Of a DNA stretch of 64,000 bases, positions 25,448 to 39,589 are shown one piece after another. The notes beneath the pieces were generated by a model. That model saw only the letters and a program-made list of their open reading frames with translations. It ran no database searches and was not told the DNA's origin. The translations under genes were made by a program, and so were the position numbers. Numbering within the stretch: the first letter of the stretch is position 1; every line of letters starts with the position of its first letter. Source of the DNA: Octopus vulgaris (lineage: Eukaryota); assembly GCA_951406725.2 (NCBI GenBank), contig OX597817.1:62001-126000 (forward strand), given 5' to 3'.

Positions 25448-25849
25448 ATATATATATATATATATGGTTGGGGGTTCAGTTATATTTCCACTTTGGCCAA
25501 ATGACCTCTACTATAGCCTCAGGCTGACCAAAGCCTTGTTTGTGTGTCTGTGTTTGTCCTCTCATCATCGCTTGGCAACCGGTGTTGGTGTGTTTGCGTC
25601 CCCGTAAATTAGCGGTTCGACAAAAGGAACCGATAAAATAAGTACTGCACTAGTAAAGAATAATTTCTGGTGTTGATTTGTTTCACCAAAAGACACCGCT
25701 CCATCATGGCGGCGGTCAAGTAAAAGAGTATACATACATACCTATATACATACACACATACATACATATACATACATACATACATGCATACATATATACA
25801 TATATGTGTATATATATATGTGGGGGTGGGGGTGGAAGAAAAGCTGTAT

Positions 25850-25963
25850 CTTCTTATTCACACAATTCGTTTCACAATTCTACATCTTACTCATTGGATA
25901 TTACAAAAATACTTTATTTTTTATTTTTAAAAAACCTTATTTTTTTCTCATATGTTCACACTG

Positions 25964-25994
<31 letters not shown>

Positions 25995-26465
25995 CCCCAC
26001 GTATTTCTAAATATAACCTGTATACCGTAACCCTTAAACCTAACCAATACCTACAACTTAAACCCTAACCTAAAAACTCAAACACTTGGCCTCTCTTTTA
26101 AACCCTTCTCTCGTTCTAAATCCCTAATAAAAGAATTTTTCCTGATACATTTGTCAACTGCTGTTTCTTTAGGTTTAGCCATATCAAATGTCCCTTCGTT
26201 TGTCCTGTTCCCCTAAACTTTATTAAAATAAGTTTCAAATGCAGTTGATTATGGAACCTCTAAACGGGAGAATACAAAGTGAGATGATGAATGAGATGAG
26301 AGGGTAATAATGCCTTTCCAGATATATAATAATCCCGTAAATGAAATAAAGAATAGTTTTCAAATATGAACAGGCTGAAATTAAGCCTGTGAGTAGTAAA
26401 GCACTTTGAAATTGCATAATTACAGCTAATTAGAAGTAATTAAAGATATAATTACTATGTTTATG
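25850..26465 (+). repeat. About 600-bp dispersed repeat, copy 1 (copy 2 at about 31490-32055)
   Basis: Near-identical core 26236-26461 vs 31826-32050 (cctctaaacgggagaata...gatatataataatcccgtaaatgaaataaagaatag...); degenerate taaccct motifs upstream. Confidence 0.8.
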
Positions 26466-26829
26466 CTGTATGTTTATACTGGTAAAAATGAAAGTGCTTA
26501 GCAGCAATACTTCCAAATTGAGGTTCTGAGTTCGAATGTCGCCTGGGTTGCTGCTACATGTCATCGTTTCGCTCGATAAAATAAATACTTATTAAGCACG
26601 AGGGTTGATATAATCCACTTAAATCCTGACTTGAAGTTGCTGGTCGAGTGCCAAAGTTTAAAACCGATGTGTGTGTGTGTGTGTGTGTATGTATGTGTAT
26701 GTGAGTATGTGTGTGTATTTGTATGTGTGTATGTGCCTGTGTATGTGTGTGTATGTGAGTATGTATGTGTGTGTATTTGTATTTGTGTGTGTATGTGTGT
26801 GTGTTTGTGTGTGTGTATGTGTGTGTATT

Positions 26830-26872
<43 letters not shown>

Positions 26873-26904
26873 CATTATGAATACCGTTATATTATGTATG
26901 TCTG

Positions 26905-27620
26905 TGTTTGTTCGGTTTGCAAAAAACTTTCTAGCATTTTGTAAGTAAAATTTTTTAATAGTCTTTAGATTGCCGTGCATAGCTTTACTCAAACCAAATA
27001 TTTCCCATTTTGTTCCACTATCTTTCGCCATCTTTGAGGCAGCTTCATGACCCTGTCCTTCCAGAACTTGGTATCTTTCTGGGTCATTAACTTGTCTAAG
27101 TGGCTTCTACACTCTTTTAAACAATCAAAGTTCTTCCCATTAAGAGAATTCTGCAAGGATCCCAATAAATTATAATCCGAAGGTGCAAGGTCAGGTTAGT
27201 ACGGTGTGGGGGGGGGGGGGTAAGACATCCCACCCAAGCTGCACCAATTTCTGCCGAGTCTGCAAAGAAATGTACTGTCTTGCGTTGTCCTTTCGGTAAG
27301 TCAGTTCTGGACGTTTTTCATAAATTACATCCTTTAATTGATGAAATCGGGGACAATAATAATTTGAATTTTAATGACTGATTTCATGGAAGTAGCTCAT
27401 AATAAACAATGCCCTTGCAGGCTCAGCAGATACAGGACATCACCTTCTACGGATACAGACCAGCTTTTGGAGAGATAGAAGACGGCTCATATCGTTTTCG
27501 CCTGGAGTTTTTCCATTTTACGTTGTAAATAATCACACGTGATCATTCGTTTCAAAAATGGATAATCTTTGTTTCATCTGATTAGTGAATTGCACATCGA
27601 AATGCGCTCTATTAATTTTT
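26905..27620 (-). mobile_element. Mariner transposase relic
   Basis: Minus strand reads PY*PDLAPSDYNLLGSLQNSLNGKNF (YSPDLAPSD motif) and DNARQ. ttcggtttgcaaaaa is TIR-like at the left end. Confidence 0.8.
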
Positions 27621-28540
27621 TTCCATTAAGTTATGACGCATCGAAAAGTATACATAACCTTATCGATACCATGCGCATATATCATTATGTATATTTATAA
27701 GGGGAATCAGTGCCAACCATCACGCTCCTCTACATACTTCTGTCCCCGTGCATTAGGTTTCCACTGTGCCAGAGTCGACCTTGTTCAGTGCCTCATCTTA
27801 TTACACCCACCTTTGTAAGTGTTGGTCTGATGTCCGTTTTCTCACCACGCACACCACCGGATATGCACAGTCATATCACAGAGAAACAAACCGGACAGAC
27901 AGACAAACAATCATACAGGCAGTCAAGCAGAAATTAAAACTTAGGTCATCAAGTTAAAAACAGAACCGGACAGATATTGTTGTGTAGGACCACAAGGAAA
28001 ATATATGTTAGGTTATCGAAATCAGCTGACCTCCCGACACCAATGTGGTTAGAAAAATGTAAGAAAAAGAGGACGTTTATTGACCATTGATAAGGAATTT
28101 GCAAGGCCATTACCCAAAATACACATTCCAGCTGCAAACCTGTTATTATTGTAGCAACAGAATATACACCGACCCGCCTGGAGCAAAGTATGTCCAAATG
28201 TGGAATATTGGGGAAAGAATAGAAACCTTTCATCCAAACTCTACAAGTGATCACGATATCTGGGACTAAAAACAGTTGGATGCAATGTCACTAAGCATTT
28301 CCGACCATCGTGACAATCATTCTGCCAGATCACTGCATTTTCACAGGCATCCGCTTCGATAAATAGATATAAAGATATCTAAATGCATGGAAGTACAATA
28401 GACTCATATGTGATAGCAATTATATTCCAAATTGAAAGCTTGTCTCTCTCTTTCTTCATATCTCTGTCTCCCTATGCCTGTCTGTCTCTCTTTCCCTCTC
28501 TCTCTCTCTCTATCTACCTATCTGTCTATTTATATATCTC

Positions 28541-28587
<47 letters not shown>

Positions 28588-28633
28588 TTGCATATTTAAA
28601 GTGCAAAAACCACTAGGTGGTCAGCCGTACACA

Positions 28634-28701
<68 letters not shown>

Positions 28702-28702
<1 letters not shown>

Positions 28703-29351
28703 GTAGTGGATCTTGCAAGCATGAAGTGGTTTCGATCCACCACAGTCAAATTTAAATTAAAACTGCAGCAGAACTTTTCCCACGGTGAAACAATGGTTTT
28801 TCTCTGACAGCAGTTTTTACATTTCCCAGATGCCCTTTAGCTCGGCCGAAATAATGTCTTCCCACTTGACCCTTTCTAACCAATTCTACATCACCAAAAG
28901 CTAGAATAGAAATAACAAGATCACCAACTAAATCTATTGTTCTCAATGGTATGTCTATCCTTCGGCAAAAATACACCAAGCAAAAATCAGTTATTCACAG
29001 TCGGTGACGACTCAATGAGGTCTGGCTGACCAGCCTTGGTCAGAGGGAGAAATGAAGTTTACTGTCAGCAACTGTGAGACAACGTCCCATACCCTACACA
29101 TCTCACCAGCTCTAATTCTCTTCTCTTACAACATCATTCTGCCGATATCTGTGGATTACTACTAACTATTCGTATACGCCAAACTATGTAAAGAAGCGGT
29201 CTACCCCATCAAACTTTACTTCGCATGCTTTTTATCTATTATAACCTGTTCATCGAGGCAAGGTATTGTAACGTAACGGTAAATAAAGATTTCCTTAAAA
29301 CTTCTTGCATTGTTCATCTTTCACATCCTACGGTATGCGATTAGAACAACA
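28702..29351 (+). mobile_element. Possible solo LTR
   Basis: Starts TGTAG right after (TA)n, AATAAA at 29282, ends CAACA. No target-site duplication resolved. Confidence 0.3.
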
Positions 29352-29735
29352 AATTTTTATCGTTGCATCTGCTGACTCCGACATTTTCATAATAATGTTT
29401 ACCAATCAATCTTACCCTTAACAATTTTATTTTTAACAACCCACAAACGGATTAAGTCGTTTACATCGACCCCAGTGCGTAACTGGTACTTAATTTATCG
29501 ACCCCGAAAGGATGAAAGGCAAAGTCGCACCTCGGCCGAATTTGAACTCAGAACGTAACGGCAGACGAAATACGGCTACGCATTTCGCCCGGCGTGCTAA
29601 CATTTTTGCCAGCTCACCGCCTTTAAAGAAAATGGAATGATCCACGTTTGTACAACTGGGTTGTATTCCTTACCAAATAAAATCCTTAACCGTTACAGAC
29701 ACACACACACACACACACACACATACATACATACC

Positions 29736-29788
<53 letters not shown>

Positions 29789-31268
29789 GTATGTTTACAC
29801 ATGTTTCCTACACTAGTGATCCCAAACGTGTGCATATAAATGTCTACATATGTCTACATAATCCCAGTTTAAAGTATTAATTTCTTTAATGCATCAAATA
29901 CGATTTCTTTATTTCTAGAAATAAATATTTCTAACATCATAGTGTTCAAATATTTCGGAGATGCCAGTTTGTGTAAGTATATTTGTATGTGTCTACGTAT
30001 ACGTGTGTGAACATCTATTTGTATGCATTCATGTATGAATTTATGTACACTAATTACATACACACACACATATTTATAGTTAGGGGTGGACTGGTGGAGC
30101 GGTGGTGGTGATGTTGGAGATGAGATCATCCTTACGGATGATGTCATCTCCAACACCATAAATTATTCACTCAAACACGAGAATGCTAGCTAACATTACA
30201 AAACATCGATAACTGTAATCAAATATACGCACCCACAGACACACACTACAATATACATACACAGAGATATTTACACAAGGCAACACACACACACACGGAC
30301 ACTACAGCATAATTGCGCAGAGAGACATTTAAACAAAGCGTCACACATATATACACACAAATGCCAAGTTAACACCCACTTATCTAAAAACTTCTTCCGG
30401 GTATGTAATAAAATTGAAACCTCGCATGATTTTCAACTCACAATTTGCTGACTGTTCGAACGAGCACAACTTGAATTTCTGAGACACAAACACCCAACGC
30501 TGAATTCGACATCTTAACGTTAACTAGGTAAATATTGTTGCTTTAATTATTTTAATTAACATATTTACATTGTAAAAGCATTCATTTGAACTATTTCAAG
30601 CCTAAATATTCTTTTATATTGTTCTATTTCCGGGCAGTAATATATAGACAAGAAAATATTAAAACGTTTTACAATGTTACATTACGAGCAAAATGTTTCA
30701 TTTACATTTACAAAATGAAATATATAGTTTGGTTATAAATATGTCAAAACTGTTAAGAGGGAAATTAACGGATCGAATAGCGGTATTTCGTCTGTTTCTA
30801 CGTTCTGAGCTGAAATTTCGCCAACGTCTATGTCGCCCCTTGGCGTCAATAAAATAAACAGCAGTGGAACACGGAGGCTGGAGTGATTCGACGGACAATT
30901 CTCCCAAAACTTTCGACCTTTTACCACGATTCGAAAACAATATTTCTTAAATCTTTTCGGCTATAAAACCTATTTCAGTTTTCGCTGGGTTTAAAAGTCC
31001 ACAAATGGGTTTATTGCTAAAGTCGGGTCAGCGATCTTTTAATTTTAGTAAATTTTCCTTTCCTGCTCCTCAGTATCATAAGCTTTCTTCAATAATTTTT
31101 CGTTTAGAAAGGAATTCATTAACGTCAATATATCTATGTATGTACATTTGCTAATCTCTGTAGCAACACAGACAGACACACACACCTGCATATACATGTG
31201 TGTGTGTGCATACACACACACAGACACACACATGTATATATATTTATATATATCTATCTATATATATG

Positions 31269-31305
<37 letters not shown>

Positions 31306-31310
31306 TTATA

Positions 31311-31359
<49 letters not shown>

Positions 31360-31364
31360 TTATA

Positions 31365-31405
<41 letters not shown>

Positions 31406-32145
31406 ATATATGCGCACATCTAACGCTTTATTTCTCTGTTTATTCACACACACATATGAATATACTACATATATTACAAGTAAAGATTATCTTCTAATTT
31501 TATTTACACATTTCTTTTCACATTTCTCTATTTTAATCATTGGATATTAAAAAGGCACCACTTCAACATTAATATTATTCATATTATTCTTCTCTCTTAC
31601 TCTCTCCATATGTATGTAAACATAACCTGTATAATGTAACCCTTAAATCTCACCCATAGCTACAACTTATAATCTAACCCTTTCCCTATTTCTCGTCCTA
31701 AATCTTTAATACGAATTCCAAACGATCTTTTCCTGGGATATTTGTCAACTGCTATTTCTGTTAGGCTTAGCGATACCAAAAGTCTCCTTCGATTGTCCTG
31801 TTCCCCTAAATATAAATGAAATATAAAATGCAGTTGATTATGGTACCTCTAAACGGGAGAATAGAAGGTGAGATGATGAATGAGATGAGAGGGCAATAAT
31901 GCCTTTCCAGATATATAATAATCCCGTAAATGAAATAAAGAATAGTTTTCAAATATGAACAGGCTGAAATTAAGCCTGTGTGCAGTAAAGCACATTGAAA
32001 TTGCATAATTACAACTAATTAGAAGTAATTAAAGATATGATTACTATGTTATGTTGTATCCTCAATTTGTCTAAACTGGGAAATTTAGGATGTATCTTAT
32101 AAAAACTTGCTCCCCCTCCTCTCTCACTTTGTCTCTCTTTCTTCA

Positions 32146-32176
<31 letters not shown>

Positions 32177-32187
32177 TCACTCATATA

Positions 32188-33027
32188 GGTGCAGGTGTGG
32201 TTGTGGTAAATATCTTGCTTACTATCCACAGGGTTTCAGGTTCAGTGCCACCGCGTGGCAAACTTGGGTCTCTTCTACTATAGCCTCCAAACGACCAAAG
32301 TCCTGTAAGTGGATTTAGTAGACGGAAACTGAAAAAATCCCGTCACATATATATGAATATATATATATATATATGTACACATTTGAAATATTATATACTA
32401 TATATGTATATGTGTACAGATATATATATATGTATACATACTTCTCTGTTTTTGCATCTGTTTGTCCTTCTATCACCCCTTGACAACTGGTGTTAATGTT
32501 TTTCCGTCCCGTAACCGGTGGGTTCGGGTAAAGAGAGCGATAAAATCATTACAAGTCTTCAGAATAAGAGATCCCAGTGTTGAATTGTTCCACAATATGT
32601 TGCTCCAGTATGGTCGTATGCAAATGACTGAAAAAAATAAGAAAATAAAAAAATATACATGGCTGTGTGGTAAGAATCTTGCTCCCCAACGACATGGTTC
32701 CGGGTTCAGTCTCACTGCGTGGCATCTTCGGCAAGTGTCCTATACTATATCCACGGGCCGCCTTGTGAGTCGACTTGGTAGAAAGAAACTGAAAGAAGCC
32801 TGTCGTATATGTATCTGTGTGTGTGTATTTGTATGTTTGTGGTTGTGCCCCTACTATCGACTAAAAAACCGATGTTGGTGTGTATATGTAACCGTAACTT
32901 AGCGGTTCGGCAAAAGAAACCAATAGAATAAGTCCTTGGCTTAGAAAGAATAAGCCCTGGGGTCGATTTGCTCGACTAAAGGCGTTTCTCCAGCGTGACC
33001 ACAGCCAAATGACTGTAACAAGTAGAA

Positions 33028-33030
<3 letters not shown>
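32188..33030 (+). mobile_element. Two tandem OK-like SINEs
   Basis: Heads at about 32188 and 32660, each followed by core and tail. Confidence 0.75.
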
Positions 33031-33102
<72 letters not shown>

Positions 33103-33103
33103 G

Positions 33104-33149
<46 letters not shown>

Positions 33150-33155
<6 letters not shown>

Positions 33156-34490
33156 TTATTTTAAGCAGCAGAAAATTCAACAAAATCTGTTACTCTGAGT
33201 TTCTCGTTGCCGTTCATCAGACAGTTTTTGCTAGAATGGAACATATATATTAATTCAATCTATACTCTTACAAACGCTACATCTTTAAAAAGAAATGGAC
33301 TTGTTTGATTGGCCCTTTAGAAAAAACGGTCAATCTTCGAGCGATAAACAAAAGGTCAAAAATATATGTATATATATATAAAAAAACTTATAAAAATTAT
33401 AAAATCCGAGGAAAAAACCGAGGAAAAAACCTATTGCCGTTAATGAAGACAGTACAAATTAATGCATAGAAATTAAACCTGTTATAAATACTGCAATACA
33501 TATTTATATTAAAATCCACATATATTTATATCAACATACACAAAAGGATGCGCGTAAACGCCATACATACATATACAGACGTATGAATATGAATCTAAAT
33601 TATACACATAAAAGCATGTGTACATATATTCACGCAAACCGTCTCGCACGCAAGCTAAAATTCATCTATGTAGCAATTCTCATATACTGAGCAAGGAGGG
33701 GGAACGAAAGAAAGGGAAAGAGAGAAAAAGGAACGAAGGAGGGGTGGGGAAAAAACTTGTAGCGATATTATTGCCATCTATAGAGGCCAGTATACATACA
33801 CAAGTTTGAATTGATACATATACATACCGTCGTGTGTATGCGTGCTTAAGCACAAGCATACTTTCACTTACACATACACAGATACGCATGCTTACAAATA
33901 CATATGCTTTGCTATACACAAACTTATATAAACATTCTAAATTTGACAACATTGCTTTTTTAAAAAAAACATTGCTTTTAAAAAATGGGTGCATTAATAA
34001 AAATATATACGAAAGACATATAAAATAAAATATAACATCCTATTTCGGGTCATTTATAAATAATCAAGGTAATATAAATAATCAAGGTAATCTTATGCAA
34101 TACAATAACATGAAAACAAAGTTTGTAGGTTTTTCCTAATATATATGTAGAAACAATAAGACTTTGCTATAGGTCCGTCGTAGCGCTCAAAAGTCAAAAT
34201 CAAAATCAAAAAATCAAAATACAAAATATATACTCTATCCATATGGTATATTTATATTCGACATTTTAAATTTAGCCGTGTGCCTACATAAGTTCATTAA
34301 TTCACTTATTGTCTTTGAATAATATGTGCATTTTTTCTAATAAGCAAAGCCTGCACTTGAAATTATATTTGTAAGCTCCATGCCTGTATGGTGCCGCCCT
34401 GTCCAGAATGCTCCATGTCACGTTGAAAGGTGGGGCTTCCTTTTCTTTTAGTTCCCAGACATATTTTGCTAGGCTGGTTTTCTTTATGTA
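33150..34490 (-). mobile_element. PLE 3' fragment: GIY-YIG C-terminus + 3' UTR + hammerhead-like motif
   Basis: 34302-34490 encodes [28 protein letters not shown]....[13 protein letters not shown], homologous to ORF 450-1073. HHR-like motif at 33187-33224; (TA)n on both sides. Confidence 0.75.
33187..33224 (-). ncRNA. Minimal hammerhead-like motif
   Basis: ctgt-CTGATGA-A-CG-GCAA-CG-A-GAAA-CTCAGAG-TA-acag; stem II is very short. Confidence 0.55.
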
Positions 34491-34618
34491 TATATATAAG
34501 TATATATATATGCATATATATGTATATATATAAGTATATATATGTATATATATACGTATATATATATATGTATATATATATGTATATATATGTATATATA
34601 TGTATATATATATGTATA

Positions 34619-34689
<71 letters not shown>

Positions 34690-35402
34690 ATACATATATA
34701 TATTTTCCTCTGTTCTCCCTTCTCTGGATCTTTCCTTCTTCTATGTTTCCGACGAAGAGCTCCGCTCGAAACGTTAAGCCCTCCTTCTTTCCTTTTTTCC
34801 TGAGCGTCCAATAATACTATATTTGTTCCACGTCCTCGCGTTGTGTTTTTTTGTGCTTTCTTGTTTGGATTAACTATATATATGTATATATATATATAAT
34901 AATCTACTGAAATAATCTACTGAAAGTAACAAAACGTAGAACTTTAACTCATAAAGTCTACTACAACACTTTAATTAAAAATATATTAATCAAAAACGCA
35001 ATATATTTTGCCTGAAGCCAAATGTAATACAGTAGATTTTTTTTCGCCGAAAACGCACATGGTGGCAACTCATTAAATTAATTTATCTCCTGTAAGAAAG
35101 AAAAAGAAACATTTTTCCTGTAACGGAAAAATAATTCCGTAAAGCACGAAAGTTCAGACTGCATCGTTTGTGATAAGTATCACTTTCATCTTCTATTTCA
35201 TATTTTATTTATTATGTTATTTCCCTTAACTTAAGCTAGCATCTCCGTTAAAATTTCTCTTTCAATTTCTGTTTTCGCTTTCATACCTCTATCTTCTTGT
35301 AATTAGTTTTAAAATTAAATAACCCCTTCTTTTCCACACTTTAATATATTTTAATATATTTTCCTCACTTTCTTTCTTCTACCTCCTCTCTCTCTCTCCG
35401 TT

Positions 35403-35447
<45 letters not shown>

Positions 35448-35743
35448 ACGTGTATATATATATATATATACGTATATATGCATAGACGCGAACTTTAATA
35501 ATCTTTCCGTCTTTATTTTAGAATCTATTATTTCCTATTTCTCTCTCTCCGTTTGTGTATATGTGTGTATGTATGTGCACGTGTATATATGTATATATAC
35601 GTATATATGCATAGACGCGAACTTTAATAATCTTTCCGTCTTTATTTCAGAATCTATTATTTCCTATTTCAGCTTTCCTGTTAATAATCTTTCATTTTCT
35701 TAATCTTTCATTTTTAGATAGATAAATAGATAGAGTATCCAAC

Positions 35744-36640
35744 ATGTCCAGAACCTGGAGACGTGACGAATTGGCGTTGTTCGTACGAGCCTGGAAATGC
35801 GCCGACGGAGATAACTCTAACAATATAATTACGGCTGCGCTGAAGAGCCGTAGTTATAAAAGGACAATAGCTCACATAGAGCGGAAGAAGCAGGAGTTCA
35901 TACTCTCCTATGCACTTGCACGAGCTCACATTGGCCCGCTTGATGCCATCTTTGAGAACGAACAGGGTAAAGATGGCAAGGATGGAGACGCGCGTGCTGA
36001 TGAAAGAAGTCACCCCCACCTGGTGGACACCCGGGAAGAGGTTTCGAGTGAGAAACCTGCCCGGGAAGTAAACCCAAGTGCAAGTGCTCCTACCAGCACC
36101 AAAAGCCATGGAGATGAAGAACCCAAAGAAGAAATAAAAGGAGGAAAAACTAAAAGAAAAACTCAAACAAAACCAAAAAATGAAACAGCCAAGAATAGAA
36201 GTAAAACTGACTATCCATATACCAAAAAGGATGGAAACAAACAGCGCACACGGGTGTGTAGGTTCTACCAGAGAGGTACCTGCTGGCATGGATAGGAAGG
36301 TGCAGGCTGCCGTTTTGCACATCGGGGACCTTGCCGCAGAGACACGAAACAGATCAGAAACAAACCAACAAAAGGAAAAGGGATGGACCACGCACCACCT
36401 GCCCCAAAACAGAGGTACGCAGATGTGGTGCGTGCCACAAACCGCCAACATGATGTTGTTGAAAGGGCAGCTGCTGAACAAGAATCTTTTTTGTGCATGG
36501 TACAAAAGATTGTACAGCAGCTAACCTGGCTTCATCAAACCCAAGCTCGCAGATGGGACTACCCACAATATACAAGATCACCACAGCAAACAGACCCAAG
36601 GTGGACACCGCCGGCAACAGCATACACCTCACCTCGATGA
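35744..36640 (+). pseudogene. LINE family B ORF1 (Myb/trihelix-like N-terminus, CCCH finger), one in-frame TAG
   Basis: ORFs 35744-36295 and 36383-36640 share a frame. The TAG at 36293-36295 interrupts CRFYQRGTCWHG*EGAGCRFAH. Confidence 0.8.
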
Positions 36641-39589
36641 TCCTACTGAACATCAGAGGACTGCAAACACTCAGTAACAGGACAAAAATCCCGTTCTTGA
36701 GAGACTTAGTTGCATGCAATCAAGCCTTATGCATAGCACTTACGGAAACGCACCTGAAACCGGACATAGCAGATGCGGAATTACACATACCACAGTATGT
36801 TGTACTACGGACCGACAGAAAAGAAAGGAGTCATGGAGGAGTTGCTATGTACATCCGTGAGGACCTCACACCCCAGGTCCTTTTGTCGTACTCAAACTCG
36901 GTGTGTGACACACTAATTGTACATATAAGGCAACTTGATGTAGGTGTGTGTGCTACATATAGCCTTCCAGATGCCCCAAGCCATGTAGGCAAGTTTGAAG
37001 ACTGCCTTATAAAAATAGAAGAAGTTCTAATCACATTAGAACAACACATAAGTGTACTTCTTATGGGAGACTTCAATCTACCCAATGTCAGATGGCCCGA
37101 GGGCCTTTCTCTCCCAGGAATGACAAGATGTGAACGAGGACAGGCGAGGTCCCTCCTGAACATCATCAACACCCTGTACATGGAGCAAGTAATACTCCAA
37201 GCAACCAGAGCAGGTAACACACTGGATCTCTGCTTCACAAATAATATGGATCTCATTCATATTGTGAAAGTGACACCGACACTACTCTCGGATCACAACA
37301 TGGTACAGCTGACCATGTACGGGCCAAATGAAAGCATGGACATGCAGCCTACAAGAAACCCTCAGAATCTTTCCAGCTTGAACTTCCATAAGGCAAACTG
37401 GAAACAAATTGAGAAAGAGATCCTCAAACAAAACTGGCCTGAATGTCTCTCCTCGCCAGACATCGACGTGAAACTTCAACAATTCATGTCTGTAATGCAA
37501 GCCATATGCTACAAATGTGTCCCAGAGAGAAAGGCCACTGTACACAAGAACAGAGAGAGGAAAATTTTAATGAGACGGCGTACAAAAATTTCAAATCGCC
37601 TAAACAAACAAATTGAAAGCAGTGAAAAGTCCCGCCTGAAAATAAAACTGTTGGAAATTGAAAAATGTCTGCAACACTCCCATGAAAAGGAAAGAGCAGA
37701 CAAAGAAGCCTGGGCTATAGACAACATAAAATCTAACCCCAGAGCTTTCTACAGGTATGCCAAAGAAACAGCTACGGTGCACTGTAGGATAGGGCCACTC
37801 CTTGAAAAGGATGGAACACTCACAGGAAAACCAATGAGGGTAAGTGAAATACTGAATGAGCAATTCAAGAGTGTTTTCACTCCACCCCTTGGGCATTTCC
37901 AAATCACCAATCCAACTGACTTCTTTACCGCTGCAGATATAAAATCAGAGGCGGCGACGATAAATTACATCGATATAAAGGAAGACGATGTAATAAAGGC
38001 TATAGATGAAATGAAAACAGACTCAGCTACTGGCCCCGATGGATTCCCGGCAATCCTCCTAAAAGTATGTAACAGAGTCCTAGCAAGACCACTGCAGTTC
38101 CTCTTTCAGAGCTTCCTTGCAACTGGCAAACTTCCAAGAAAAACTGAAGGAAGGTAAAATATGCCCTATTCATAAATGAGGTAGCAGAGCGGAGGCCAAG
38201 AACTACAGACCTATCTCTCTGACCTCACACATCAGCAAGGTCATGGAACGAATAGTCAGAAGGAAACTGATCACCTTCCTTGAAGAAAATGACTTGCTGC
38301 CTGACACCCAACATGGTTTCCGACCATGGAGAAGCTGCTTAACTCAGCTCCTACAACACTATGACTGGGTGCTGAAACGATTGCTCAACCACTCAAATGT
38401 GGAAGTGATATATCTCGACTTTGCAAAGGCCTTTGATAAAGTCGATCATGGAATGATATGTCACAAACTGCGTGATCTCAGCATAGTTGGAAAACTGGGA
38501 GAATGGCTTCATGACTTTCTGAAGAATAGAAGTCAGGTGGTAGTAGCCAATGGGGCCACTTCCATTAACACGCAAATAGTGAGCGGTGTTCTGCAGGGCA
38601 CTGTTTTGGGACCACTACTGTTCATAATGGCCCTCTCAGACATGCCCTCAGCCACGCAGAGAGCCACGATCACAAGTTATGCAGATGATACAAAGGTTTC
38701 ACAGGCAATACAGAACCCTGAGGACACTAAACGCCTGCAATGTGAGCTGGACAAAATATACAAGTGGACTGAAAAGAATAGCATGCAGTTCAATGCTGAA
38801 AAGTTTCAAGCTTTATGCTATCAGCATGCAAAACTAAATGCAATACCCAATAAATACACTGGACCTGGAGGGATTGCAATCCCAGAGGCACAATCAGTGC
38901 GAGACCTGGGTATTTACATGAGTGATGACGCAACCTTTCCTGTACATGTTGATAAATTGGCAATGAAATGTAGACGACTGGCCGGATGGATTCTCAGAAC
39001 CTTTAGAACAAGAGAACAAGAAACCATGATGGTCCTCTGGAGGACACTTGTCCTAAGCCACTTTGACTATTGCTCTCAGCTATGGTCACCATCCAGTGTC
39101 AAGTTGATCACAGAACTTGAGGCGATCCAACGTAGCTACACGAAGAAGATAGCCTCTATGCAGAATATAAGCTACTGGGAAAGACTCAAGAGATTAAAAC
39201 TCTATTCCTTGGAGCGTAGGCGAGAAAGATATGCCATAATATACATCTGGAAGATCCTGGAGGGACTTGTCCCAAAGTTTGGCATCGAGAGTTACACAAA
39301 TGCCAGAACTGGGCGCCACGGCGTGGTGCCTAGAACTCCAAATTTGCCATCAAGATGTAGGACAAGATACTGTGATAGCCTGGGCTTCCGAGGCCCACAG
39401 CTCTTCAATATCCTCCCGAAGAATCTAAGAGACCTGCATGGGGTGGATGCAGATGTCTTTAAAATGAAACTGGATCTCTTCTTGTCAGGTATCCCAGATG
39501 AACCAACTTCACGACAGGAGGTGCAGATGAGGGCAGCTGCATCGAACTCTCTCATGCACCAAATGGTAGTTGCTAAAAAGCATTCGTGA
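36487..39589 (+). pseudogene. LINE family B ORF2: AP endonuclease + RT (frameshift near 38140, stop near 38177)
   Basis: LNIRG, LTETHL, MGDFN, LDLCF, SDH; NYRPISL, YLDFAKAFDKVDH, QGTVLGPLLF, YADD, LYSLERRRER. Confidence 0.92.

Noticed and set aside
26025-26130. Interstitial telomere
   Set aside because: Only scattered degenerate taaccct motifs inside a dispersed repeat.
36293-36295. Programmed readthrough of TAG in ORF1
   Set aside because: Single copy with other disabling lesions; the stop falls inside a CCCH finger and is most simply a nonsense mutation.
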